DNA of 64,000 bases, from assembly GCA_037388505.1 (NCBI GenBank), contig JARRKC010000002.1:25320-89319 (forward strand), in the 5' to 3' direction. Source of the DNA: Acidobacteriota bacterium. GTDB taxonomy: Bacteria; Acidobacteriota; UBA6911; RPQK01; JAPXNP01. The number at the start of each line of letters is the position of its first letter. The stretch's first letter is position 1. A model generated the notes under the pieces. The model did no database searches and had not been told where the DNA came from. It saw only the letters and a program-made list of their open reading frames with translations. Below are positions 41,576 to 50,469 of the stretch, in pieces. A program made the position numbers and the translations under genes.

Positions 41576-44287
41576 ATGAATAAGCCAGAACAAAAGGCCG
41601 AGCCGTCTGAGGGGCTCAGATTCGAGAACTACTTCTCGACGCCGGACGTGCATCCTTTCGAGGAGGTGGAATGGGAGATCCGGTCTGCCGAGATCAAGGA
41701 TTGGAAGACCGGGAAGGTGGCCTTCAAGCAGGAAGACATCGAATTCCCCAAGACCTGGTCGCAGCGAGCCACCGACATTGTGGCGAGCAAATACTTCAGA
41801 GGACGGCAGGGGTCGCCTCAACGCGAGCGTAGCGTTCGGCAGATGATCGGGCGCATCGTCGACACGATCACGAAGTGGGGAAGCGAGTCGAACTACTTTG
41901 CCTCGGACAAGGACGCTGAAACGTTCAATCATGAGCTGACCTATCTGCTCGTGAATCAAATGCTGGCCTTCAACTCACCGGTGCAGTTCAACGTAGGAAT
42001 TCAGGAGCACCCTCAGTGTTCGGCCTGTTTCATCAATTCGGTCGGCGACTCGATGGCCTCGATCATGCAGCTGGCCAGGACCGAAGCCATGATCTTCAAG
42101 GGAGGTTCGGGCTCCGGTGTCAACCTCTCCAGAATACGCTCTTCCCGGGAACCGCTCTCGGTCGGGGGGGTCGCGTCCGGGCCGGTTTCCTTTATGCGGG
42201 GTTTCGACTCCTTTGCCGGAGCCATCAAGTCCGGTGGAGCGACTCGCCGGGCCGCGAAGATGGTGATTCTGAATGCCGATCACCCCGACATCCGCGAGTA
42301 CATCTGGTGCAAAGCCAAGGAAGAGGAGAAGGCACATCGCCTCATCGAACTCGGCTACGATGACTCGATCGACGGAGAAGCCTACCAGAGCGTCCAGTTC
42401 CAGAACGCCAACAATAGCGTCAGCGTCACGGATGATTTCATGCGGGCGGTCGTGGAAGACCGCGACTGGCAGACCAAAGCCGTGACCAGCGGAGAAGTCC
42501 TCGACACCTATAAAGCTCGGGACATGATGCATTGGGCGGCGGAAGCGACTTGGATTTGCGGGGATCCCGGGTTTCAGTTCGCGACGACGATCAACGACTG
42601 GCACACGTGCCCAAATTCAGGGCCGATCAACGCCTGCAACCCCTGCTCCGAGTATGTGTTTCTGGATAACTCCGCCTGCAATCTGGCGTCTCTCAACTTG
42701 ATGAAGTTCGTCGATGAGGAATGCAGCTTCGATGTGGATGCTTTCCGGCATGCCGTGCGTACGGCCATCGTGGCGCAGGAGATCATCGTCGACAATTCGA
42801 GTTATCCAACGCCGGAAATCACACGGGTCAGTCACGATTTCCGCACATTGGGCCTGGGCTATGCGAATCTCGGTGCCCTGCTGATGGCCCGCGGCCTTCC
42901 CTATGACAGCAACCGGGCACGAAATCTTGCGGCCGTGATCACGGCGCTGATGACGGGGGAAGCCTACCGGACTTCTTCTCAACTCGCACAAGTTGTCGGG
43001 CCGTTCGAGAAGTTCCACGAGAACCGGATCCCCATGATGCGGGTTATGCACAAGCATCGGGATGCGCTTTCGAAGATCGACTCTGCCCTCGTACCGATGG
43101 ATTTGCTCCATTCCGCGATGGAATCCTGGGACGAGGCCATCGTCAGCGGGGCCGACCACGGATATCGAAACGCACAGGTGACGCTCCTGGCGCCTACCGG
43201 AACCATTGCCTTCATGATGGACTGCGACACGACTGGGATAGAGCCCGATTTCTCCCTCGTCAAAGTCAAGAAACTCGTCGGCGGCGGTTCCATGAAAATC
43301 GTCAACAACACAATTCCGTTGGCCTTGGACCGCCTCGGGTACGACGCACAGGCCACCAAGAACATCCTTCGTTACATCGAGGCAAACGAGACGATCGAAG
43401 GTGCTGCGGAGTTGAAGGACGAACATCTGCCGATCTTCGATTGCGCCGATCGGACCGATGGAGGGAGCCGGTCGATCCATTATCTCGGGCATATCAAAAT
43501 GTGCGGCGCCGTCCAGTCGTTTCTCTCCGGCGCGATTTCCAAGACCGTGAATCTGCCGAATGAAGCGACGGTCGAGGAGATCATGGACGCGTACATTGAA
43601 GCGTGGAGGTCGGGGGTGAAGTCGGTCTCCATCTATCGGGACGGCTGCAAAATGGTTCAGCCTCTCTCCAATAAGGAACGGCAGGCCAGGACGGTACCGG
43701 CCGGTCCAATACACCGCAACATGCCCAAAGACCATCCGGCCTTCCAGCACGAGTTTCGCATCAAGGGTTTCAAAGGTTTTCTGACGATGGGCATGTTTCC
43801 CGAGGACAACGAACTCGGCGAAATCTTCATCAACTTCGCCAAACAGGGCTCGACCCTTCAGGGTTTGGCCATGGCTTGGGCGATCGCCCTCTCGATGGGA
43901 CTGCAGCGCGGAGTTCCGCTCGAGGACTATGTGCGCATGTTTGCTCACATGAGCTTCGAGCCGGCCGGGTTTACCGACAATCCGCAGATCCCTTTTGCCA
44001 GCTCGATTCCGGACTATGTCGTCCGCTACCTGGCCTCCAGGTATCTCAGGGAAGAAGCTCAGGAGGCACTCGGCATCCACAGCGTGAAACCGAACGGATC
44101 TGTGCAGCAGGGGGTCCAGGTGAAGTTCCCAGAGGCAATCGCGACGAAAGATAGCGCCACCGAGCGCCTTCTCTCAGAAGCTCGGAAAGCGGACTCCCCG
44201 ACCTGTCTCAGCTGTGGCAACCTCATGCAACGCAATGGCAGTTGCTACGTCTGCACCGGTTGCGGCAGTACTTCGGGCTGCAGTTAG
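41576..44287 (+). CDS. nrdJ: adenosylcobalamin-dependent (class II) ribonucleoside-diphosphate reductase
   Basis: 903 aa. N-terminal EVEWEIRSAEIKDWKTGKVAFKQEDIEFPKTWSQRATDIVASKYF; active-site region NPCSEYVFLDNSACNLASLNL; C-terminal zinc ribbon CLSCGNLMQRNGSCYVCTGCGSTSGC. Confidence 0.9.
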   Translation: MNKPEQKAEPSEGLRFENYFSTPDVHPFEEVEWEIRSAEIKDWKTGKVAFKQEDIEFPKTWSQRATDIVASKYFRGRQGSPQRERSVRQMIGRIVDTITKWGSESNYFASDKDAETFNHELTYLLVNQMLAFNSPVQFNVGIQEHPQCSACFINSVGDSMASIMQLARTEAMIFKGGSGSGVNLSRIRSSREPLSVGGVASGPVSFMRGFDSFAGAIKSGGATRRAAKMVILNADHPDIREYIWCKAKEEEKAHRLIELGYDDSIDGEAYQSVQFQNANNSVSVTDDFMRAVVEDRDWQTKAVTSGEVLDTYKARDMMHWAAEATWICGDPGFQFATTINDWHTCPNSGPINACNPCSEYVFLDNSACNLASLNLMKFVDEECSFDVDAFRHAVRTAIVAQEIIVDNSSYPTPEITRVSHDFRTLGLGYANLGALLMARGLPYDSNRARNLAAVITALMTGEAYRTSSQLAQVVGPFEKFHENRIPMMRVMHKHRDALSKIDSALVPMDLLHSAMESWDEAIVSGADHGYRNAQVTLLAPTGTIAFMMDCDTTGIEPDFSLVKVKKLVGGGSMKIVNNTIPLALDRLGYDAQATKNILRYIEANETIEGAAELKDEHLPIFDCADRTDGGSRSIHYLGHIKMCGAVQSFLSGAISKTVNLPNEATVEEIMDAYIEAWRSGVKSVSIYRDGCKMVQPLSNKERQARTVPAGPIHRNMPKDHPAFQHEFRIKGFKGFLTMGMFPEDNELGEIFINFAKQGSTLQGLAMAWAIALSMGLQRGVPLEDYVRMFAHMSFEPAGFTDNPQIPFASSIPDYVVRYLASRYLREEAQEALGIHSVKPNGSVQQGVQVKFPEAIATKDSATERLLSEARKADSPTCLSCGNLMQRNGSCYVCTGCGSTSGCS

Positions 44288-44301
44288 GGAGAAGAAGAGC
44301 A

Positions 44302-44380
44302 GGACCTATAGGACAGAATTCGCGGCCGCAAGCCAGAGGGGTTTTGTGTCCTATAGGTCCCTGTCCTATACGTCCTATTC
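44302..44380. repeat. inverted repeat of a near-palindromic 13-mer (GGACCTATAGGAC ... GTCCTATAGGTCC) plus two further GTCCTATA copies
   Basis: 44302-44314 GGACCTATAGGAC and 44348-44360 GTCCTATAGGTCC are exact reverse complements, 33 nt apart. Then GTCCTATAcG (44363) and GTCCTATT (44373). Lies between the convergent nrdJ and OMP genes. Confidence 0.6.
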
Positions 44381-44391
44381 CTGATTGTTCC

Positions 44392-45222
44392 CTATCTCAA
44401 GAACGGGAAGCTGAAATCCTTCGAAATCCCCACAATCAAGCCGGTCGACGGATCAGTGTCCAAGAAACCCACGAGGAGCGCGGCGTCCCAGTACAGACCG
44501 GCCGCGTTGATCCGGGCTCCCAAACGAAGTCGTGACTGATCCTCCGTCCCGTAGCCGCCGGGACCGGTGCGCCCGTACCAGTCGCCCATCAGAGCAATCT
44601 CCGAACTGACCGGATACTCTGCTGCCAGACCGTACGTCAAGAGGTCATCCTGAGCGCCCGGAGAGAGCGGATCCCCAAGGATTGCCAGCCCCGCATTTCC
44701 GATGAGAGTCAAGTGACGAAGGTGCTTCTGGACCAGCAACGCACTGAAGAAGTTCGTTTCGTCGTTGCTCAGCCCCCGCTCGTTGGAGGCGTTGGGGAGC
44801 TGCACGCCGAATTGGAGTCCGAACGCGGGACGGCGTCCCGATTCGTCGGCGAAGCGCAGTTTGGTTTCCATGAACAGATCGCCCACGTCGCTGGTCGAAT
44901 TCCCGGAGAAGTCCAGAAGATGGCTGTTGGGGGCAGGAAAGCGCCGACTGACGTTCAGGAATTGCTGTGCGGTCCAGAAGAGGTGGATCTCCGCCTTCTT
45001 GCCCGCGCCGATGCGCAGGCTGATCACGGCCAGCCTGGTCAGATCACCTTCGAGCCCGGAAACCCGGTAGACGGCGTCCTGGAGGAAGTCGAAACCCAGT
45101 CCCGTTCGGATCCGTCCCACTGGGACCGTATCGGTTTTCTCGGTGACCAGCGGTCGGTCCTGGGCGAAGACCGCTGAGCACAACAGGATGCAGATCCAGA
45201 GGCAACTCCACCGGGGACGCAT
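44392..45222 (-). CDS. putative outer-membrane beta-barrel protein (hypothetical)
   Basis: Signal peptide MRPRWSCLWICILLCSAVFAQD. Amphipathic beta-strand pattern; C-terminal aromatic motif ISKDFSFPFLR. Confidence 0.55.
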   Translation of the reverse strand: MRPRWSCLWICILLCSAVFAQDRPLVTEKTDTVPVGRIRTGLGFDFLQDAVYRVSGLEGDLTRLAVISLRIGAGKKAEIHLFWTAQQFLNVSRRFPAPNSHLLDFSGNSTSDVGDLFMETKLRFADESGRRPAFGLQFGVQLPNASNERGLSNDETNFFSALLVQKHLRHLTLIGNAGLAILGDPLSPGAQDDLLTYGLAAEYPVSSEIALMGDWYGRTGPGGYGTEDQSRLRLGARINAAGLYWDAALLVGFLDTDPSTGLIVGISKDFSFPFLR

Positions 45223-45235
45223 GATCTGATGGAGT

Positions 45236-46006
45236 CTAGTGAGTCAACGGCCGGTAGTCAACGGCGAAGCCCTCGGGAGATGCGGAAAGATCGCCCAGTC
45301 GATACTGGAGGATGGCAAGAGCGGTCACCGCTGCGGTCTCGGTCCTCAGGATTCTGGGGCCCAGGCGAGCCGCCGGAACGTTCGAATCCCTGAAAAGAGC
45401 CCGGTCCCGCTCATCCCAGCCACCCTCGGGGCCGATGAACACGGCACAGGAAGCGACGGCGCCCGTTTTGGGGAGACAGGCCTCGAGCGACTGCTGCCCC
45501 GCTTCATCCAGGTACAACGAAAACTCGTCGCCGCGATCGATCAGGATTTCTGCAAGAGGCCGAGGCTCCTGCAATAGCGGAATACCGGTCCGCCCGCATT
45601 GCTTAAGGGCTTCACGCAGGATCTTCGACCATCTCGACAACTTGCGCCCCTGTCGTTGGTCGCTCAGGTTGATTTCCGTTCTCGAGGTGAGCATGGGCTG
45701 GACCTCTGCCACCCCAAGCTCAACTGCCTTCTGAAGCACCCACTCGAACTTGTCTCCCTTGATAAGAGCCTGAACGAGGCGGATTCGGAGTGGCGACTCC
45801 CAAGTCGTTGAGGATTCCTCGAGCAGGGTACCGACCCAATCCGACGCATCGCGGATCAGACGACACCGGTAGCGGGTTGCCGGTCGCAGTATCGCTTCGA
45901 AAGTATCTCCCTCGTGCAGCCGCAGGACCCGTGTCAGATGATGGACGTCCCCTTCGTCGAAGTAGACTCGGTCGCCTTCCCGACGCTGCGCTATGACTCT
46001 TCGCAT
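45236..46006 (-). CDS. rsmE: 16S rRNA (uracil1498-N3)-methyltransferase RsmE
   Basis: PUA-like N-terminus MRRVIAQRREGDRVYFDEGDVHHLTRVLRL, and SPOUT C-terminus FIGPEGGWDERDRALF...RTETAAVTALAIL. The ORF is open to 46045. Confidence 0.8.
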   Translation of the reverse strand: MRRVIAQRREGDRVYFDEGDVHHLTRVLRLHEGDTFEAILRPATRYRCRLIRDASDWVGTLLEESSTTWESPLRIRLVQALIKGDKFEWVLQKAVELGVAEVQPMLTSRTEINLSDQRQGRKLSRWSKILREALKQCGRTGIPLLQEPRPLAEILIDRGDEFSLYLDEAGQQSLEACLPKTGAVASCAVFIGPEGGWDERDRALFRDSNVPAARLGPRILRTETAAVTALAILQYRLGDLSASPEGFAVDYRPLTH

Positions 46007-46854
46007 TTCCTCAACAACCAGCAAGCCCAGCCGTTCTTTGTCCACTGTTCACTGCAGCGCAGGAAGTTCCCCTTCTCCAGGTCTTCCTTCACGCGGTCCG
46101 CTTCATCGAGGGTGAATCCCGATGCAATCAAGTACTTACCGGTGCGCCGAATGAGATCGTCGGCCAACGAGGAGAGGATTGCCGAGGTCAGATTCGCCAG
46201 GATCAGATCGAATCGGCCCGTCAGAGATTCGATCTCACCCGCAAAGAGAACAACTCCTTCGACGTTGTTCTTCCGGAAGGTCTTCGACGCCGCTTCAACG
46301 GCCAGCGGGTCCGCGTCGAAGGCGACCATGCGAAGTCCCGGGCCGAGCTTTGCCGCTGCGGCTGTCAGGATTCCACTGCCCGTACCGACATCCGCGACGC
46401 TCTCCACATCCGGCACGATGTCCACCATGGCGACGAGCGCCAGTTGAGTCGATTCGTGGGTGCCGGTACCGAATCCGTGCCCCGGTTCGATCAGGATGTT
46501 GACCGGATGGTCATCGGATCGCTCTTCCCACGGCGGATGGATCCAGAATGTGGAGTTCACTTCGAATCCGGTGAAGGTGCGATTGTACTCTTCGATCCAG
46601 CGGGCGCTGTCATAGGCGATCGAGTGAGCCTCAATCGAAACATCAGTCGCCGAACTCGAGATGGCGGAGCGCAAGCGACTGCAGACTTGCTCGATGTTCA
46701 CATCCGGCTCGAAATAGGCCAGGACTCGTCGGCGGCCTTCTTCGCCGAGTTCCTCGAACCCGATGGAATCCAGCTCCCACAGCAAGCGGGTAATCAGGTC
46801 TCGCTGCTCGACGGCAAAAGCGATATCCAAGCAGTGATAGCGTTCCGCCGTCAT
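45991..46854 (-). CDS. prmA: ribosomal protein L11 methyltransferase
   Basis: SAM-binding VADVGTGSGILTAAAAKLG; PrmA N-terminal domain. Confidence 0.85.
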   Translation of the reverse strand: MTAERYHCLDIAFAVEQRDLITRLLWELDSIGFEELGEEGRRRVLAYFEPDVNIEQVCSRLRSAISSSATDVSIEAHSIAYDSARWIEEYNRTFTGFEVNSTFWIHPPWEERSDDHPVNILIEPGHGFGTGTHESTQLALVAMVDIVPDVESVADVGTGSGILTAAAAKLGPGLRMVAFDADPLAVEAASKTFRKNNVEGVVLFAGEIESLTGRFDLILANLTSAILSSLADDLIRRTGKYLIASGFTLDEADRVKEDLEKGNFLRCSEQWTKNGWACWLLRKCEES

Positions 46855-46867
46855 GATGAGAAAGAGT

Positions 46868-47983
46868 CTACCCGAAGATGTCGCGAACTCGATCGAAGAA
46901 ACCTTCGCTCTCCTCGCCCTGTGTCGGCTCGGGAAGTTCAGCCGCCAACTCCTCGAGGAGTTCTTTCTGGCGGCTCGTCAATTTCATGGGCGTCTTGACG
47001 ACGATTCGGATGATCTGATCGCCTCGCCCCATCCCATTGACATTGACTACACCCTTACCGCGAAGCCGGACGGTCGATCCGGACTGAGTACCCGCTGCCA
47101 CTCGGAGTCGATGATCACCCTCGAGCGTCGGCACCTTGATCTCCGCTCCGAGCGCCGCCTGCGTAATCGATATCGGGATCTCGCAGTAGACATCATCGCC
47201 CTGCCGCTTGAAGAAGGGATGCTCCTTGACCGAGATCACCACATAGAGATCGCCGGCGGGTCCATTGCCGAATCCCGCTTCCCCCTCACCCGGAACGCGC
47301 AGACGGGAACCATTCTCCACGCCGGCCGGAATTCGAAGCTCGAGGATCTTCTCTTTCTGAATCATGCCCGTACCACTGCACTCACTGCAGGGCTTCTTGA
47401 TGATGCGGCCCGTGCCGTGGCAGGTGCTACAGGTTCGGCTGATTGCGAAAAAGCCCTGCTGAAAACGAACTTGCCCCCGCCCGTTGCAGGTCGTACAGAT
47501 CGCGGTTCCCTGCTCGGGGTCGGCACCTGTTCCCTGACACTTCTGGCAGGGTCGAGACTGGGGGACCTTGATCTTGGCTTTGGTCCCGAAGACCGCATCC
47601 TCGAAATCGACCTCCAGGTCATAACGCAGGTCGGCCCCTCGCTGTGACTGGCCGCGCCGCCTCCTGGAGCTTCCGAAAATGTCTCCGAAGCCGAAGAAAT
47701 CACCCAGGATGTCGCTGAAGTCCGCGAAAATGTCGGGATCGAAGCCACCAAAACCGGCGCCGCCCACGGCTGAATGACCGTAGCGGTCGTACTGGGCGCG
47801 CTTTTGTGGATCGCTGAGGACGCTATAGGCTTCCGCTGCTTCCTTGAACTTCTCTTCCGCTCCCTTGTCACCCGAATTCCGATCGGGGTGAAACTGGACG
47901 GCGAGCTTTCGGTAGGCACTCTTTACCTCTTGAGTAGAAGCGCTGCGATCCACTCCCAAAACTTCATAGTAGTCGCGTTTCAA
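46868..47983 (-). CDS. dnaJ: molecular chaperone DnaJ
   Basis: J domain MKRDYYEVLGVDRSASTQEVKSAYRKLAVQFHPDRN; G/F region; four CxxCxGxG zinc-finger repeats. Confidence 0.95.
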   Translation of the reverse strand: MKRDYYEVLGVDRSASTQEVKSAYRKLAVQFHPDRNSGDKGAEEKFKEAAEAYSVLSDPQKRAQYDRYGHSAVGGAGFGGFDPDIFADFSDILGDFFGFGDIFGSSRRRRGQSQRGADLRYDLEVDFEDAVFGTKAKIKVPQSRPCQKCQGTGADPEQGTAICTTCNGRGQVRFQQGFFAISRTCSTCHGTGRIIKKPCSECSGTGMIQKEKILELRIPAGVENGSRLRVPGEGEAGFGNGPAGDLYVVISVKEHPFFKRQGDDVYCEIPISITQAALGAEIKVPTLEGDHRLRVAAGTQSGSTVRLRGKGVVNVNGMGRGDQIIRIVVKTPMKLTSRQKELLEELAAELPEPTQGEESEGFFDRVRDIFG

Positions 47984-48024
47984 AAGTCAGTCCTCTGGAT
48001 CCCAAATCCCCACTATGTCCGAGA

Positions 48025-48651
48025 TCAAGAGTCCTTCGATCCGGACTCGTCCGAAGGCATAGCCACCTTGACCTGGGATGGGCGAAGCAGCTTTTCTCCA
48101 ATCAGATAACCCTTGCGGAATTCCTCGACGACCTGATTGTGCTCTTGATCATCCGCGACCTCGCTCACGATCGCTTCGTGAACATTGGGATCGAAGGCAG
48201 AGCCGACACCAGGGACTTCCTTGACTTCGTGTCTCTCCAGAAACGACTGCAGCTGCCTGAGCAGAAGTGCGTAGCCGTCAACATACGTTCTGCAAGGTTC
48301 CGGAACCGTCTGTTCCTGCATGACTTGCAGACCCTTCTCGCACGAATCGACTACGGGAAGAAGTTCAGCGATCACATCCGCCCGAACGTTGTTGCGAACT
48401 TCCTCTTGCTCCCGCATCACACGTTTTCGGTAGTTTTCAAACTCCGCCTGCTTCCGCAGGAGCAGATCATAGTACTCGTCCCGTTCCTTCTTCAGGGTGT
48501 CTTCAATCGAGGCCTCAGACTCAGCCGATTGATCCTCCGACGCATTCGAATTCGCAAGGTCGTCCGTCGACACGGAATCCGCCCGCCGGTCGAACTCCAT
48601 GATCGAGCGTTTCTCGATCTTCGCGGATTTTTCTTTGTCGATTTTTGCCAT
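48025..48651 (-). CDS. grpE: nucleotide exchange factor GrpE
   Basis: ELLPVVDSCEKGL...VVEEFRKGYLIGEKLLRPSQVKVA. Confidence 0.9.
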   Translation of the reverse strand: MAKIDKEKSAKIEKRSIMEFDRRADSVSTDDLANSNASEDQSAESEASIEDTLKKERDEYYDLLLRKQAEFENYRKRVMREQEEVRNNVRADVIAELLPVVDSCEKGLQVMQEQTVPEPCRTYVDGYALLLRQLQSFLERHEVKEVPGVGSAFDPNVHEAIVSEVADDQEHNQVVEEFRKGYLIGEKLLRPSQVKVAMPSDESGSKDS

Positions 48652-48772
48652 TGAATCTCATCCCTAGGGTGTTCACATCGGGTCAATGCGTCACACCGGC
48701 TTCCTTTGCGTTCACTATCAACAGATTTTTAAGATCCGAAGGCGGGAGATGCAAGGTTGCTTTGCCGCGGAT

Positions 48773-49840
48773 TCAGTTCTTCTCCATCAGCTGACCAAAC
48801 AGCTTCGCTACGTAGTCTACCAGACTGATCGCTCGGTCGTACTCCATGCGAGAAGGGCCCAAGATGCCCAGCGTGCCGGTCATGTGGCGATCATACTGAT
48901 AGGGAGATGTAATCAACGTCCAGTTGCTCATTCCCGGGATGTGCTCTTCGAGGCCGATCGTAACGCTCGGTCGATCGGCTTCCGTCGACAGACAGGCGAC
49001 GATGATCTTCACCAGTTGCGATTTGCGCTCGAGCGTCTCCATCAAAGAGATCAGGCGATCGAGATCGTCGTCTCGCAATCGGTGGATCACCCTTGAAGTG
49101 CCGTCCAGAAAGACATCCGGTTCCTCCTCATCCGCCGCGTCGTCCCTGGACAAGGTCGCAGATCCGAGCAGAATGACGTTGCGCAGTAACCGGTCATACA
49201 GGGCTCGCTCTTGAGACATGAGTCTCACCAGATCCCGCCGAATTTCGAGCAGATTCCGACCGGCGAAGTTCTCGGTGAGATACAGGCTGGCCTGATTGAG
49301 TTCTTCCTGCGTGAGAGCACTCTCGAGACGGATGAGGCGGTGCCGCACGAACCCGGTGCGGCTGACGAGGATGACCAGGATGCGCTCGTCGGAGAGCCTC
49401 ACGAACTCGATATGTTTCATCACCGCTCGAGAAATAGGGGGAGCCAGGACGATACCGATGTTGTTCGTGTAGGTGGACAGCAGCTGGGAGGCTTTGGACA
49501 TCATCTCGTTCGGGTCCCGCTCCTCCTCCAGGGAGCGGCGAATCGCTCCGCTTTCCGCCGGGGACAGATCCTTCGAGCCGAGCAAGTGTTCGACGTAGAA
49601 GCGATAGCCGGCTGCCGTCGGGACTCTGCCGGCTGAAGCATGTGGGTGAGTGAGAAAGCCGCCCTCCTCGAGATCGGCCATGACAGTGCGAAGGGTAGCC
49701 GGGCTGAGCTTCTCCCGGTAGATCCGCGACAGACGACGCGATCCTACCGGTTGACCGACCCGGATAAACTCCTTGATCAAGGTCTTCAACACATTGCAGG
49801 ATCGTTCGTCGAGTTCCTGTGGATCTGGTTGCCGAAGCAT
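48773..49840 (-). CDS. hrcA: heat-inducible transcription repressor HrcA
   Basis: N-terminal wHTH RSCNVLKTLIKEFIRVGQPVGSRRLS...LSPATLRTVMADLEEGGFLTHPHASAGRVPT. Start taken at MLRQPDP; the ORF is open to 49912. Confidence 0.85.
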   Translation of the reverse strand: MLRQPDPQELDERSCNVLKTLIKEFIRVGQPVGSRRLSRIYREKLSPATLRTVMADLEEGGFLTHPHASAGRVPTAAGYRFYVEHLLGSKDLSPAESGAIRRSLEEERDPNEMMSKASQLLSTYTNNIGIVLAPPISRAVMKHIEFVRLSDERILVILVSRTGFVRHRLIRLESALTQEELNQASLYLTENFAGRNLLEIRRDLVRLMSQERALYDRLLRNVILLGSATLSRDDAADEEEPDVFLDGTSRVIHRLRDDDLDRLISLMETLERKSQLVKIIVACLSTEADRPSVTIGLEEHIPGMSNWTLITSPYQYDRHMTGTLGILGPSRMEYDRAISLVDYVAKLFGQLMEKN

Positions 49841-49952
49841 GTCGAGTCGACGTCCCGTCAACTTTCTTCTTACCTCTCTAAACACTATAGCGCATCTGAT
49901 CCCACGTGCCACATCCGAGTGTGAAAAACATGACAGATCATCGATTCACCCG

Positions 49953-49981
49953 TTGACACTTGAATTCCGGAGGCTTACAGT
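49953..49981 (+). promoter_or_regulatory. candidate sigma70 promoter for the RRM-protein gene
   Basis: TTGACA (49953-58), 17-nt spacer, TACAGT (49976-81). Implies a leader of about 170 nt. Confidence 0.5.
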
Positions 49982-50155
49982 GAGGAAGGTCCGCAGGGGG
50001 GCGGATCGTTGGAGCTGGTTAGGTTTGTTTCTGCACCGAGTTTTTCCTGCCTGTCGATCGAATCCCGGGATGATCACGAAGTCTGTTGTTCATCCTTGCG
50101 TCACTTCTCTGGGTAGCCGGCTGGGCAAGAAATGCACGGGAGGAGGGGAGAATCG

Positions 50156-50455
50156 ATGGGCAACAGAAGAATCTTCGTAGGTGGTTTACCCTATTCGGTT
50201 TCCGATCGTCAGCTGGAGGAGCTTTTCTCCACCCATGGCGCTGTGGAATCCGCCCGGATTGTAACGGATCGCATGACCGGTCGATCACGGGGCTTCGGAT
50301 TCGTAGAGATGGGTTCCGAATCCGAGGCGGGCGAGGCCATCGAGAAGCTGAATGGGACGCAGTTTGGCGGCAGAATGCTGACGGTCAGTGAAGCCAGGCC
50401 GCGGAACGAGAACCGTTTTAGTGGTCCTCCACGAGGTGGGCGCGACCGCTGGTAG
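50156..50455 (+). CDS. RNA-recognition-motif (RRM) RNA-binding protein
   Basis: RNP2 IFVGGL and RNP1 RGFGFVEM, with a Gly/Arg-rich tail. The ORF is open from 50132. Confidence 0.85.
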   Translation: MGNRRIFVGGLPYSVSDRQLEELFSTHGAVESARIVTDRMTGRSRGFGFVEMGSESEAGEAIEKLNGTQFGGRMLTVSEARPRNENRFSGPPRGGRDRW

Positions 50456-50469
50456 CCGCGAGCCGCAGT

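Noticed and set aside
42617-44080. 487-aa minus-strand ORF
   Set aside because: It is fully antisense to nrdJ, which has unambiguous RNR motifs. It has no domain signal.
44317-44330. GAATTCGCGGCCGC (EcoRI-NotI) as evidence of vector contamination
   Set aside because: GCGGCCGC is expected by chance in a 60% GC genome. The flanking sequence is not vector-like. Kept only as a caution inside the inverted-repeat finding.
49841-49940. CIRCE operator (TTAGCACTC-N9-GAGTGCTAA) upstream of hrcA
   Set aside because: Only a degenerate AAACACT ... AGTGTGAA pair with a spacer of about 29 nt is present. This does not fit CIRCE geometry, so it was recorded as absent.
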